In this document: one piece after another, positions 18,776 to 27,882 of the stretch
Position numbering within the stretch: the first letter of the stretch is position 1
Layout: every line of letters begins with the position of its first letter
DNA from: Candidatus Latescibacterota bacterium
GTDB taxonomy: Bacteria > Latescibacterota > UBA2968 > GCA-2709665
DNA length: 64,000 nt
Direction of reading: 5' to 3'
NCBI GenBank assembly: GCA_963667175.2
Contig: CAXXXF010000015.1
Coordinates: 224,001 to 288,000 of the forward strand
Translations under genes and position numbers: made by a program
Notes under the pieces: generated by a model
Told to the model about the DNA's origin: nothing
What the model saw: only the letters and a program-made list of their open reading frames with translations
Database searches by the model: none

Positions 18776-19978
18776 TTACTTTTTCCCTTCGATATCTACC
18801 TCCTCCTCTTTCTTCTTTTTGAAGAACTCCAGTCTCTTTTTCTCTTCTTCCGACATCGGCGGGTCGATTTCGTCGATCATCCGCCTGGCGTTTCCCGCCC
18901 AGAGCGGATCCTTACCGGCCTTCTTGAACCATCTCAGCGCGTTGACGGAATCCCGGGCGGCATTGGACTTCTTCCACCTCTTATAATGGTACTCTCCCCG
19001 CATGTAGTTGAATTTTCCGTTTCCCGGATCCAGTCTGAGACCTCTGTCGACCAGGCCGATATCGCCGGTCAGGTCGGCCAGTTGCTCGACGACGCTCAGG
19101 TTGTCGGGCTGAATCCTGATCATCTTTCTCAGCAGGCCGATCTGAAACCGCCTGGATTTTCCGAGCTGTTTACCCAGTGTGAGCAACTGGTCCAGATAGA
19201 GAAAATCCTCCGGGCTGTGGGCGTGGAGTTTCTCGTATGCGCTGAACGCCTTCCGGTCCATGCCCAGCCGGCTGTACATCCTGGCGAGATTGTCCAGAGT
19301 CTTGAAATCGTCGGGGTTTATTTCGAGAAGACGCTCCATCTCCTTCAGGGCTTCGTCTTCATCGCCCATATGCAGCGTCAGCTTGGCGATCGCATCCTGG
19401 ACGTCGGGGTTATTCGGTTCCAGTTCGCCCCAGCTGCGTGTGTGCTTCAACGCCGATTCGTAATCCTCTATTTCAATATACAGCGCGACCAGCTGATGCA
19501 GGTATTGAATCTTCTGTTCCGGTTTTTTGGCTATGGCCAGAAGCTTTTCGTAGACATCGATGGCCTTCTCGGGCATCTGTTCCAATACGTAAAGCTGGCC
19601 GAGGTAATAGAGCGCGTTTCGCGCATTGGGACCCGTTGGATTCAGCTCGATCGCTTTCTCGAACCAGTCGATGGCGTCCCGGGGCTCTTCCGTCTCATTG
19701 TACAGCTTGCCCAGATAGTACGCGGTCTGGGCGTTCCGGGAATTGAAGTCCCAGGATTTCGTCAGCTGCAGAAGCGCGTCTTCGTACTGTTTGTTATCCA
19801 GATATCGCTTGCCGAAATAAACGTGTTTCCTCGACATGGCGCCGGAGTCGACGGGCGCCTCTCGCGCCTTGTGATCATCCTTCTTCGACTTTCTTCTGGC
19901 ATCGACCGGCGAAAACAGACCCAGGATCAGGAAGCCGCAGAGAAAGATGGTGACGCCGTCCGCAAGCCTGTATTTCAT
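18776..19978 (-). CDS. Secreted TPR protein
   Basis: GAGGAG RBS before ATG at 19978; signal peptide; TPR motifs AYYLGKLY, ALYYLGQLY. Confidence 0.85.
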   Translation of the reverse strand: MKYRLADGVTIFLCGFLILGLFSPVDARRKSKKDDHKAREAPVDSGAMSRKHVYFGKRYLDNKQYEDALLQLTKSWDFNSRNAQTAYYLGKLYNETEEPRDAIDWFEKAIELNPTGPNARNALYYLGQLYVLEQMPEKAIDVYEKLLAIAKKPEQKIQYLHQLVALYIEIEDYESALKHTRSWGELEPNNPDVQDAIAKLTLHMGDEDEALKEMERLLEINPDDFKTLDNLARMYSRLGMDRKAFSAYEKLHAHSPEDFLYLDQLLTLGKQLGKSRRFQIGLLRKMIRIQPDNLSVVEQLADLTGDIGLVDRGLRLDPGNGKFNYMRGEYHYKRWKKSNAARDSVNALRWFKKAGKDPLWAGNARRMIDEIDPPMSEEEKKRLEFFKKKKEEEVDIEGKK

Positions 19979-20079
19979 GACGTAACACTCCTCGGCGGGA
20001 CAACCGCACACTTCCGCCGATTTTTCGTAAATCGCTGGCATCAAGACGCATAGACACCTGTAGCACTTAGAAACATAGA

Positions 20080-20108
20080 AATCTAACGAATCGGAAATTG
20101 GATGTCAA
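20080..20108 (-). promoter_or_regulatory. Sigma70-type promoter for the TPR-exbB-exbD-exbD-tonB operon
   Basis: TTGACA-17 bp-TAGATT on the minus strand. Confidence 0.6.
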
Positions 20109-20237
20109 GGCAAAATCCATACCTGTTTATTGCGATTCTGTTACGAATCGAAATTGCGACACGTCAGGGAAATGTACCCGCGTCAGAACGGTGGACGGGC
20201 CGACGGCCGCTTGCCGGCCATGGGCGCCAGTTGCGTG

Positions 20238-20266
20238 TTGACACAACCCGGCGAATCCGGTATATT
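20238..20266 (+). promoter_or_regulatory. Sigma70-type promoter
   Basis: TTGACA-17 bp-TATATT. Confidence 0.65.
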
Positions 20267-20271
20267 CGGTC

Positions 20272-20465
20272 ACGATTCCCATCAGGATGTGCGTATCGTA
20301 TCTGTCACACCCGGGAGTTTCGCATGCGCAATACAATCCGGGCGTTGGGGCCTGCCATTAGGGACAGGTCTTCTCCGCCCCTGGTCGCCTCCGCACCGAG
20401 GAGGCGTCCGGCCTTGTAACGGGCGGTTGTGCAAACCCCTTGACACGTGTGTCAAGGGGTTTCCT
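20272..20465 (+). ncRNA. Candidate ~190-nt small RNA (or short-peptide transcript)
   Basis: Bounded by a near-consensus promoter and a 14-bp perfect hairpin AAACCCCTTGACAC-gt-GTGTCAAGGGGTTT; contains internal hairpins. Confidence 0.4.
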
Positions 20466-20689
20466 GTATCCGGCTACGTTGTGAAGGAAAGCGTATCGCG
20501 TGAATCATTCACGAGAATTCTCCGTTTTCTTGAATAACCTGTTGTTTTTCTGAATATTCAGTGTATGACATAAGAAAAACCGTAAAAGTTCAGGGATCGC
20601 GGTGGTCGTTGCGACGACGTGCGGTCTATGGTGAATCGACTCACTGCCGCAACTCGTTTTCTCGTGCTTTTGTCGCGCTTTTTGGTCTT

Positions 20690-20920
20690 TATCCTGTTCA
20701 TCCTGCTTTATCCTGTTCATCCTGTTCATCCATGTAAATTCATGTTTCGCGGACGATTCAGAGAAAACGGGTCAGCTATGGATTTTTCGTTTTTTTCGCG
20801 CGTTTCGTAGTTTCTGATGTTCGTTTTCTCGTGATTTTCGGCTTTCATCCTGCTCCTGGTTTCTAATCCTGTTAATCCGGTAAATCCTGATCGGTTTTCA
20901 TCACTGTCCATCCATGTAAG
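20690..20920. repeat. Mosaic of 9-nt periodic arrays (ATCCTGTTC)n and (TTTCGNNNN)n
   Basis: ATCCTGTTCATCCTG...ATCCATGTAA occurs in two blocks; 20772-20819 is an inverted copy of 32500-32547. Confidence 0.75.
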
Positions 20921-20989
20921 TTCTGTTTTGGTGAATTAATAGGGGTTGTGCTTTTTTCGAATTGAGATCAATAAACCGGGGAGACATTT

Positions 20990-22462
20990 ATGGACAGATC
21001 CACGGAAAAAATCGCCAAAGAGGGACTGACGTATGACGATGTGTTGCTGATTCCCGGAAAATCCGAGGTATTGCCCGGCCAGGTGGATCTGACCACGCAA
21101 CTCACCCGCGGGATCAGGTTGAATATCCCTCTGGTCAGCGCCGCCATGGATACCGTTACCGAGGCCCGGCTCGCAATCGCACTCGCCCAGGAGGGCGGTA
21201 TCGGAATCGTCCATCGGAATCTGTCCGTGGAGGAGCAGGCCGAAGAGGTGGCCAAGGTCAAGCGGTCGGAAAGCGGCATGATCGTCGATCCGCTGACGCT
21301 TTCGCCGGACAATTATATCCGGGAAGCGCTGGAGATGATGTCCAAGTATCGAATTTCCGGCGTGCCCATCGTCGACGAGAGCAGGAGGCTGGTGGGCATC
21401 CTGACCAACCGGGACCTCAGGTTCGAGAAAAACGTACACCGCAAGGTGTCCGAGGTCATGACGCACAAGGGGCTGGTGACGGCCCGGCTGGGAATCTCGC
21501 TTGAGGAAGCACAGGAAATCCTGCAGGAGCATCGCATCGAAAAGCTTCCCGTCGTCGACGATAAGGGCGTGCTGAAGGGTCTGATCACCGTGAAGGATAT
21601 CGAGAAGAAAATCCAGTATCCGCACGCGTGCAAAGACGGGCTGGGAAGGCTCCGCGTCGGCGCCGCCGTAGGGGTCGGCAATGACCTGGAAGCCCGCGTC
21701 GGGACGCTGGTCGACCGGGACGTGGACGTGATTGTCGTGGATACGGCGCACGGCCATTCGCGCGGCGTTCTCGAAGCGGTCGAACGGATCAAGAATGCCT
21801 TTCCCGAAACCGAAGTGATTGCCGGCAACATCGTAACCGCCGAAGCGGCGCGGGATCTGATTCTGGCCGGAACGGATGCCGTCAAGGTGGGTATGGGCCC
21901 GTCGGCGAGTTGCACCACCCGGGTCATCGCCGGCGCCGGCGTGCCGCAGATATCGGCGATCATGGACTGCGCGGAGGTCGCGGAGAAGGCAGGCGTCCCC
22001 GCGATTGCGGACGGAGGAGTCACCCAGTCGGGAGATATCACCAAAGCCCTCGCGGCGGGCGCGAATTCCGTAATGATCGGGTTCCTGTTCGCCGGGACGG
22101 ACGAGAGTCCCGGAGAAACGGTCATTTACCAGGGACGGACGTTCAAGGTGTATCGGGGTATGGGTTCGCTGGGGGCGATGCAGCGCGGGAGCAGGGACAG
22201 ATATTTCCAGGGAGGCGTTGAAGCCAATAAGCTGGTCCCGGAAGGAATCGAAGGGCAGGTGCCATACAAGGGATCGATCTCGGGATTCATCTATCAGCTC
22301 ATTGGCGGTCTGAGAGCCGGCATGGGCTATTGCGGGACGAGAACCATCGCGGAGCTCAGGAGGAACGGTCGATTCGTGAAGGTGTCGTCCGCGGGTTTCC
22401 GGGAAAGCCACGCGCACGACGTATCGGTGACGAAAGAGGCGCCAAACTACCGGCTCGAGTAA
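20990..22462 (+). CDS. guaB: IMP dehydrogenase
   Basis: [19 protein letters not shown] pair, [28 protein letters not shown]. Confidence 0.98.
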   Translation: MDRSTEKIAKEGLTYDDVLLIPGKSEVLPGQVDLTTQLTRGIRLNIPLVSAAMDTVTEARLAIALAQEGGIGIVHRNLSVEEQAEEVAKVKRSESGMIVDPLTLSPDNYIREALEMMSKYRISGVPIVDESRRLVGILTNRDLRFEKNVHRKVSEVMTHKGLVTARLGISLEEAQEILQEHRIEKLPVVDDKGVLKGLITVKDIEKKIQYPHACKDGLGRLRVGAAVGVGNDLEARVGTLVDRDVDVIVVDTAHGHSRGVLEAVERIKNAFPETEVIAGNIVTAEAARDLILAGTDAVKVGMGPSASCTTRVIAGAGVPQISAIMDCAEVAEKAGVPAIADGGVTQSGDITKALAAGANSVMIGFLFAGTDESPGETVIYQGRTFKVYRGMGSLGAMQRGSRDRYFQGGVEANKLVPEGIEGQVPYKGSISGFIYQLIGGLRAGMGYCGTRTIAELRRNGRFVKVSSAGFRESHAHDVSVTKEAPNYRLE

Positions 22463-22484
22463 AACGCCGACCCCCGGAAGGCAC

Positions 22485-22515
22485 ACGGCAGATGCTAATG
22501 TACATCTGCCGTTTC
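22485..22515 (+). terminator. Hairpin after guaB
   Basis: ACGGCAGATG/CATCTGCCGT 10-bp stem with only a short T run. Confidence 0.5.
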
Positions 22516-22539
22516 ACATGCACATCAGGGACCGGGGAG

Positions 22540-23673
22540 ATGAGCGCAAGGTTCGATATCGAGGAGATTCGGACGCGGTTTCCGGTGACGCGGAACTGGA
22601 TATACATGAATCACGCCGGAATCGCGCCCATCTCCGAGTGCGTCTATCGGGCGATGGACGGCATGCTGCGGGACCTGACCCGCAACGGCATGGCAAACCT
22701 CCCGGAATGGGACGACGTATGCATGCGGACGCGGGCATCGGCCGCCCGCCTGGTCGGCGCGAACGCTGCGGATATCGCCTTCGTCAAGAATACGTCCGAA
22801 GGCATCCTGACCGTTGCAAACGGATTAACGTGGCGGGAGGGCGACAACGTCGTGATCCCCGACCGGGGGTTTCCGGCCAACGTCTACCCGTGGATCAATC
22901 TGGGGTCATCGGGCGTCGAGGTGAGGCGCGTCCCCGAGGTTGACGGGCGTATCCCGCTGGACGGTCTGTTGAATGCCGTCGACGCCCGGACACGCGTGCT
23001 GTCGGTGAGTTCGGTGGAATTCGCGAGCGGATTCCGTCACGACCTCCGGGAGATCGGCAGATTCTGCAAAGCGCGGGACGTTCTCTTCTTCGCGGACGTC
23101 ATTCAGAGCCTGGGCGCGCTTGCCCTGGACGCGGAGGACGCCGGGATCGATTTTCTTTCGGCCGACGCCCACAAGTGGCTTCTGGGTCCGGAGGGAATTG
23201 GCGTCTTCTATTGCTCGCCCCGCGCCAGGCAGCGCCTGCGAGTGATGAATCTGGGATGGGCGAACGTCGTGGATCCCAGGGACTTTCTGTCGTACAATAC
23301 CACGCTGTTGCCCGACGCCCGCCGGTTTGAATGCGGCACGTTGAATACGGTTGGCATCCACGGGCTGAGCGCCGGTCTCGAACTCCTTCATCGCGTTGGC
23401 ATCGATCGGATCGAAGCGAGAGTGCTTTCGCTGACCGATCGACTCTGTGCCGGCCTCGAGGAAAAAGGCTATGCCGTGCTCAGTTCGAGGGCGCCCGGCG
23501 AAAAGTCGGGCATCGTCGTCTTCCGTCACCCCCGCATCGACACGGAAGCGGTTTTTAAGACGCTGTCCGACGCTCGGGTCGTTTGCGCGATCCGTGGGGG
23601 TCGCGTCCGGCTCTCGCCGCATTTCTACAATACCGAAGAGGAAGTCGATCGTGTGCTGGGAGCGATTCCGTGA
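22540..23673 (+). CDS. Class V PLP aminotransferase (cysteine desulfurase / IPN-epimerase-like)
   Basis: YMNHAG, DVIQSLG, DAHKWLLGPEG, RLSPHFYN. Confidence 0.9.
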   Translation: MSARFDIEEIRTRFPVTRNWIYMNHAGIAPISECVYRAMDGMLRDLTRNGMANLPEWDDVCMRTRASAARLVGANAADIAFVKNTSEGILTVANGLTWREGDNVVIPDRGFPANVYPWINLGSSGVEVRRVPEVDGRIPLDGLLNAVDARTRVLSVSSVEFASGFRHDLREIGRFCKARDVLFFADVIQSLGALALDAEDAGIDFLSADAHKWLLGPEGIGVFYCSPRARQRLRVMNLGWANVVDPRDFLSYNTTLLPDARRFECGTLNTVGIHGLSAGLELLHRVGIDRIEARVLSLTDRLCAGLEEKGYAVLSSRAPGEKSGIVVFRHPRIDTEAVFKTLSDARVVCAIRGGRVRLSPHFYNTEEEVDRVLGAIP

Positions 23674-23682
23674 AGAGGGGAA

Positions 23683-24005
23683 AGCAGCTTTCAGCCATTA
23701 GCTCTCAGCACTCACCTTAAACCCGTTTACGATACGGCATCGCATTATGAGTCAGGGATAACTGCGACGGGAGGTGGGAAACCCCAGGAGTTTGGGAGAC
23801 GATAGAGAGAAACGGTTAGACTGGCAAGAAGAGACAAATGGTCGGGAGATGTGAGAAAGTAGACGGGAGAAGGCCACACGACCTGGCAACGGCATTGCGG
23901 TGTTGTGTTTGCAAGGTTTGCGGTGTTTGGTCTTCGGTCTTTGTTTCAAGCTGATTGCCGACGGCTGACTGCTGATTGCTGCTCTTTCTGACGGCTGATC
24001 GCCGC
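23683..24005. repeat. Inverted pair of 7-nt periodic arrays (NNTCAGC)n ... (GCTGANN)n around a ~240-bp spacer
   Basis: AGCAGCtttcagccattagctctcagc at 23683-23709 versus gctgattgccgacggctgactgctgattGCTGCT at 23950-23983. Confidence 0.7.
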
Positions 24006-24038
24006 TTTTCCTGGTGATAGGGGAGACAGGACACGACG

Positions 24039-24458
24039 ATGACGGGGAATGCCGCGGCGGCGGTCGAGGATGTTCTGGACGCATTGGAAAACGCCGTGGT
24101 CGGCGGGGATTCCGATGCATTGGGAGAAATCCTGGATGAGGACGTCTGCGCGTTTTTTTCGGGTGGAGATACGCCGGTACGGGGACGGCAGGCCGTCCTT
24201 GCGACCTGGATACGACACTTCAAGCGCTGGTCTGACGTACGAATACTGCGACGAAAGACGGTGATGGAAACCCATGGAAACGTGGCGTGGGTACACTTTC
24301 TGTGGGACGGCGAAGGCAGGACGGGCGCGCAACGCTACAGGCTGGAAGGCGAGCGGTGGACCGTGGTTCTGCGATTCGAGGACGGTTGCTGGCGGTTTGT
24401 ACAGATGCATTCGTCGATGCCTTACAGAGATTGGGAAGCGCACAGGGTCAGTGGATGA
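24039..24458 (+). CDS. NTF2/SnoaL-like (DUF4440) protein
   Basis: GRQAV, VAWV, RWTVVL...WRFVQMHSS pattern. Confidence 0.8.
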   Translation: MTGNAAAAVEDVLDALENAVVGGDSDALGEILDEDVCAFFSGGDTPVRGRQAVLATWIRHFKRWSDVRILRRKTVMETHGNVAWVHFLWDGEGRTGAQRYRLEGERWTVVLRFEDGCWRFVQMHSSMPYRDWEAHRVSG

Positions 24459-24464
24459 AAAAGC

Positions 24465-24501
24465 AGTGGTCGGTGGATAGTGGTCAGTGGCCGGTGGATA
24501 G
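24465..24501. repeat. 7-nt periodic array (RGTGGNN)5
   Basis: AGTGGTC GGTGGAT AGTGGTC AGTGGCC GGTGGAT; same unit as at 55405 and 63905. Confidence 0.75.
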
Positions 24502-24654
24502 CAGAAACCTCGCCACACCGCCCCGACCTATCCCCCCTGCCTGCCGAGAAACCACCGTCAGGCAGGGATCCTTTCCTGAAGGAACGGGAGAGGCGTCGTT
24601 AGCCTGGCAGCTTCCTCAGGATGTCAGCTACGGCGAGACGGTGGAAACCGGCGG

Positions 24655-25785
24655 ATGAAGAGGGTCGCGGTGGAGGAATTGCCGGAGACGATTCTGCAAT
24701 TTGGCGGAGGCAGCTTTCTCCGGGCGTTCGCCGATGTATTCGTACATGAAGCGAATGCCGGCGGTCACGCCGTGGGGCGGATTGTGGTGGTGCAGTCCAC
24801 CTCGGGCAACCGCGCGGCGCTGCTGAACGCGCAGGGCGGGCGCTATCACGTGGTCGTGAGGGGGTTGGCGGACGGCGTCGAAGTCGACAAGACCCTCGCG
24901 GTCCGGAGTATCAGCAGGGCGCTGCCGGCGAAATCGGAATGGGCCCGGGTGATCGACGTCGCCCGGACGCCGGCTCTGCGCATGGTGATCTCCAATACGA
25001 CGGAAGCGGGGTACGCGCTCGTCGATAACGATCGACCCGAAGTGCCCCGTTCGTTCCCCGCCCGGCTGCTCTGCGTTCTTCAGGCGCGGTACAGAGCCGG
25101 GTTGCCCGGGCTGGCGGTGCTGCCCTGCGAACTGGTGGCGCCGAACGGCGAGTTGCTTCGGGACCTGGTGCTTTCCCAGGCCGAAGCCTGGCGTCTGGAT
25201 TCAGGACTGAAGGACTGGATCCGGCGGGACGTGCGATGGGTGAACACGCTGGTGGATCGTATCGTCAGCGGCAGGCCGGCAGCGCATCCGCTCCTGGAAT
25301 CAGACGGGTTGCTGACGGCAGCGGAGCCGTTTGCGCTCTGGGTGGTCGAGGCGGAACCTGGCGATCTTTTCCCGCATCCCTGCGTCCGCTTCGTCCGCGA
25401 CGTGCGACCGTACGCATTGCGGAAGGTGCGCATCCTGAACGGCGCGCATACGGCGCTGGTGTGCAGGGCGCTGCCGGAGGGGTTGCGGACGGTCCGGGAG
25501 GCGGTCGGGAACCCGGTGGTCGGGCGGTGGCTGAGGCGCCTGGTTTTCGAGGAAATCGTACCCACGCTTCAGGACGTGGTGGAAGATGCGGGCGGGTTTG
25601 CCGAACAGGTGATGGAGCGATTCGCCAATCCCTTCCTGGACCACCGGCTCGAGGATATCGCGCTGCATCACGAAGAGAAAGTCCGCGTCCGCCTGACGCC
25701 GACCTATCAGGCGTTTCTGAAGGCATTCGGGCGGCCGCCGGAGTTGCTGTGGAACATCATCGCCCCGTACCTGGAGGAAAGTTAA
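24655..25785 (+). CDS. uxaB: Altronate/tagaturonate oxidoreductase (mannitol dehydrogenase family)
   Basis: LQFGGGSFLRAF, SNTTEAG, SFPARL, PCEL, NTLVDRIV, RKVRILNGAHT, RFANPFL. Confidence 0.85.
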   Translation: MKRVAVEELPETILQFGGGSFLRAFADVFVHEANAGGHAVGRIVVVQSTSGNRAALLNAQGGRYHVVVRGLADGVEVDKTLAVRSISRALPAKSEWARVIDVARTPALRMVISNTTEAGYALVDNDRPEVPRSFPARLLCVLQARYRAGLPGLAVLPCELVAPNGELLRDLVLSQAEAWRLDSGLKDWIRRDVRWVNTLVDRIVSGRPAAHPLLESDGLLTAAEPFALWVVEAEPGDLFPHPCVRFVRDVRPYALRKVRILNGAHTALVCRALPEGLRTVREAVGNPVVGRWLRRLVFEEIVPTLQDVVEDAGGFAEQVMERFANPFLDHRLEDIALHHEEKVRVRLTPTYQAFLKAFGRPPELLWNIIAPYLEES

Positions 25786-25806
25786 CAGTCCGTTGAGGAG
25801 GTGTTA

Positions 25807-27036
25807 ATGGATAACGCGGCGCTCCTGGGCGGGACCCCCGTCCGATCCGAACCGTTTCCGTCCTGGCCGCAGTCGGACGGACGCGACCTGGATCATTTGC
25901 GCGAGGTCCTGAAAACCAGCCTCTGGGGAGGCACGATTCATGGTCCGAGGGTAACGGCGTTCTGCGATGCTTTCGCAGAGTATTCGGATGCGCGGCGCGG
26001 CGTGGGGATGGGCAGCTGTACGGCCGGGCTGGAGTTGTCCCTCCGGGCATTCGGCGTCGGTCCGGGGGACGAAGTCATCGTCCCGGCCTACACGTTCATC
26101 GCAACGGCGCTGGCGCCGCTGGCAGCGGGCGCGGACGTCGTCTTCGTGGATATCGATCCCCGGACGTTCTGCGCAACGCCGGAGACCATCGAAAGCGCGA
26201 TTTCCTCCCGCACCAAAGCGGTGATTCCCGTTCATTTCGCCGGTCACGCCGCGGACGTGGAAGGCATCCGGGCACTGGCCGACAGGCACGGGCTGAAGGT
26301 CGTATGGGACGCGGCCCATGCCCACACCTCCGGATGGCGGGGCCGGATGCTGGGCGGTCCGGGCGACGTGGCGGTTTACAGTTTCAACCACGCAAAGAAC
26401 CTGACCTGCGGCGAGGGCGGGATTGTGACCACGAACGACGAGGAACTGGCGGACTTCCTGAAGTATACGCTTTCGACGTTCGGAAGGAAAAAGGGCCGTC
26501 CATGGTACGAACATCACCATCTGGGGTTTTCCGACCCACTGACCGAGTTTCAGGGCGCGATTCTGCAGGCGCAGTTCGAGCGGCTGGAGGAGCAGAGTCT
26601 CAAGCGCGAGGAGAACGCCAGGCTGCTGATACGCGGTCTGACGGAGGTTGACGGCGTCGATCCGCCGTACCTCTCTCCGGACGTCACCCGCCACGGTTGG
26701 CACTTGTTTGTAATGAGGTATGACGCGGACGCCTTTGGGGGGCTTCCGAAGGAGACCTTTCGCAGGGCGCTCGAAGCGGAGGGCATACCCAACGGCGGGT
26801 ATACCTATCCTCTATACGACAATCCCATGTTCAACCTGGAAACGGGGGAGGTCGCCGGCGCACAGGGCAGGTGCCGCGCGATGCCCTGTCCGGTGAGCGA
26901 ATGGGCGTGCCGGGACGGCGTATTCAATATCGCGCAATCGGTGCTGCTGGATGAGCCCGACGGCATGAACGATATCGTGACCGCGATCGAGAAGGTGAAA
27001 GCGAATGCCGGCGAGCTTCTGGACCGGAAGGAGTGA
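25807..27036 (+). CDS. DegT/DnrJ/EryC1/StrS PLP aminotransferase
   Basis: GDEVIVPAYTFIAT, PVHFAG, DAAHAH, SFNHAKNLTCGEGG. Confidence 0.93.
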   Translation: MDNAALLGGTPVRSEPFPSWPQSDGRDLDHLREVLKTSLWGGTIHGPRVTAFCDAFAEYSDARRGVGMGSCTAGLELSLRAFGVGPGDEVIVPAYTFIATALAPLAAGADVVFVDIDPRTFCATPETIESAISSRTKAVIPVHFAGHAADVEGIRALADRHGLKVVWDAAHAHTSGWRGRMLGGPGDVAVYSFNHAKNLTCGEGGIVTTNDEELADFLKYTLSTFGRKKGRPWYEHHHLGFSDPLTEFQGAILQAQFERLEEQSLKREENARLLIRGLTEVDGVDPPYLSPDVTRHGWHLFVMRYDADAFGGLPKETFRRALEAEGIPNGGYTYPLYDNPMFNLETGEVAGAQGRCRAMPCPVSEWACRDGVFNIAQSVLLDEPDGMNDIVTAIEKVKANAGELLDRKE

Positions 27037-27039
27037 ACG

Positions 27040-27855
27040 ATGGCGGAGAAGGGTGCTCTGACGTTATCCCAGCGCTTTCATTTCGACACGTACGGATACG
27101 TCCTGCTGGAAGACGCGTTGACCGAGAACGAGGTGGAACGGATGAAAGCGGCTCTGTACCGCCTGAAAGCGAACCCCGCGGCCGCGCCGCAGGTCTATAC
27201 TCGACCGAGGGGCGACCATCACGTGCTGTTCGGGAATCTGGTGGAGTTCGACCCCGCCCTGCTGGCATATGCGGCCCATCCCGGGCTGGTTCCCCTGGTT
27301 GAAGAGGTGGTGGGCGGCGCCGTGCGGCTGGAGGAGACGGAGGCGATCATCAACCGGCGGGATCCGAACGCGGATCCGGACCAGCTTCGGAAACGCCGGA
27401 CCAATCCCACGGGTTTCCACAGGGGAACGACGGCGACCTGGGGCTGCTATACGGAGCAGGACCGGCATCACTGCGTCTTTGTGAAGACGCTTGCATACCT
27501 GACGGACGTGGGGCCGGACGACGGCGGCACCTGCCTGATTCCCGGCAGCCACCGGCTGACCTGGCCCCGAGAGGAAATGGTCCGGGCGGCCATGGACGAC
27601 GAGCGGCTGATCCATCAGGTCGAGGCCAGGGCCGGATCGGTACTCCTGTTCGGGGAGTCGTTGATTCACAGCACCACGGCGATTCGGAGCGACAAGGAAC
27701 GGGTGATTCTGGTTGCGGGGTACACGCCGCCAATGCTCCGGGAGTGGATGGGCAACGAAGTGAGTCCCGAATTCGTCGCGAGCCTGCCCGAAGCCATACG
27801 ACCGCTGATTTCGGGCAGCGACAGCTGGAACTGGCGGCGGAATTACGAACACTGA
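27040..27855 (+). CDS. Phytanoyl-CoA dioxygenase (PhyH) family Fe/2OG enzyme with HxG motif
   Basis: FDTYGYV, YLTDVGPDDGGT.LIPGSH, AGSVLLF...LIH...R; FHRG in place of HxD. Confidence 0.88.
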   Translation: MAEKGALTLSQRFHFDTYGYVLLEDALTENEVERMKAALYRLKANPAAAPQVYTRPRGDHHVLFGNLVEFDPALLAYAAHPGLVPLVEEVVGGAVRLEETEAIINRRDPNADPDQLRKRRTNPTGFHRGTTATWGCYTEQDRHHCVFVKTLAYLTDVGPDDGGTCLIPGSHRLTWPREEMVRAAMDDERLIHQVEARAGSVLLFGESLIHSTTAIRSDKERVILVAGYTPPMLREWMGNEVSPEFVASLPEAIRPLISGSDSWNWRRNYEH

Positions 27856-27882
27856 CATCGATTCTTTCGAGGAGTTCCCAAC

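Noticed and set aside
20690-20920. Possible CRISPR array
   Set aside because: Units are 9 nt with no unique spacers, and there are no cas genes.
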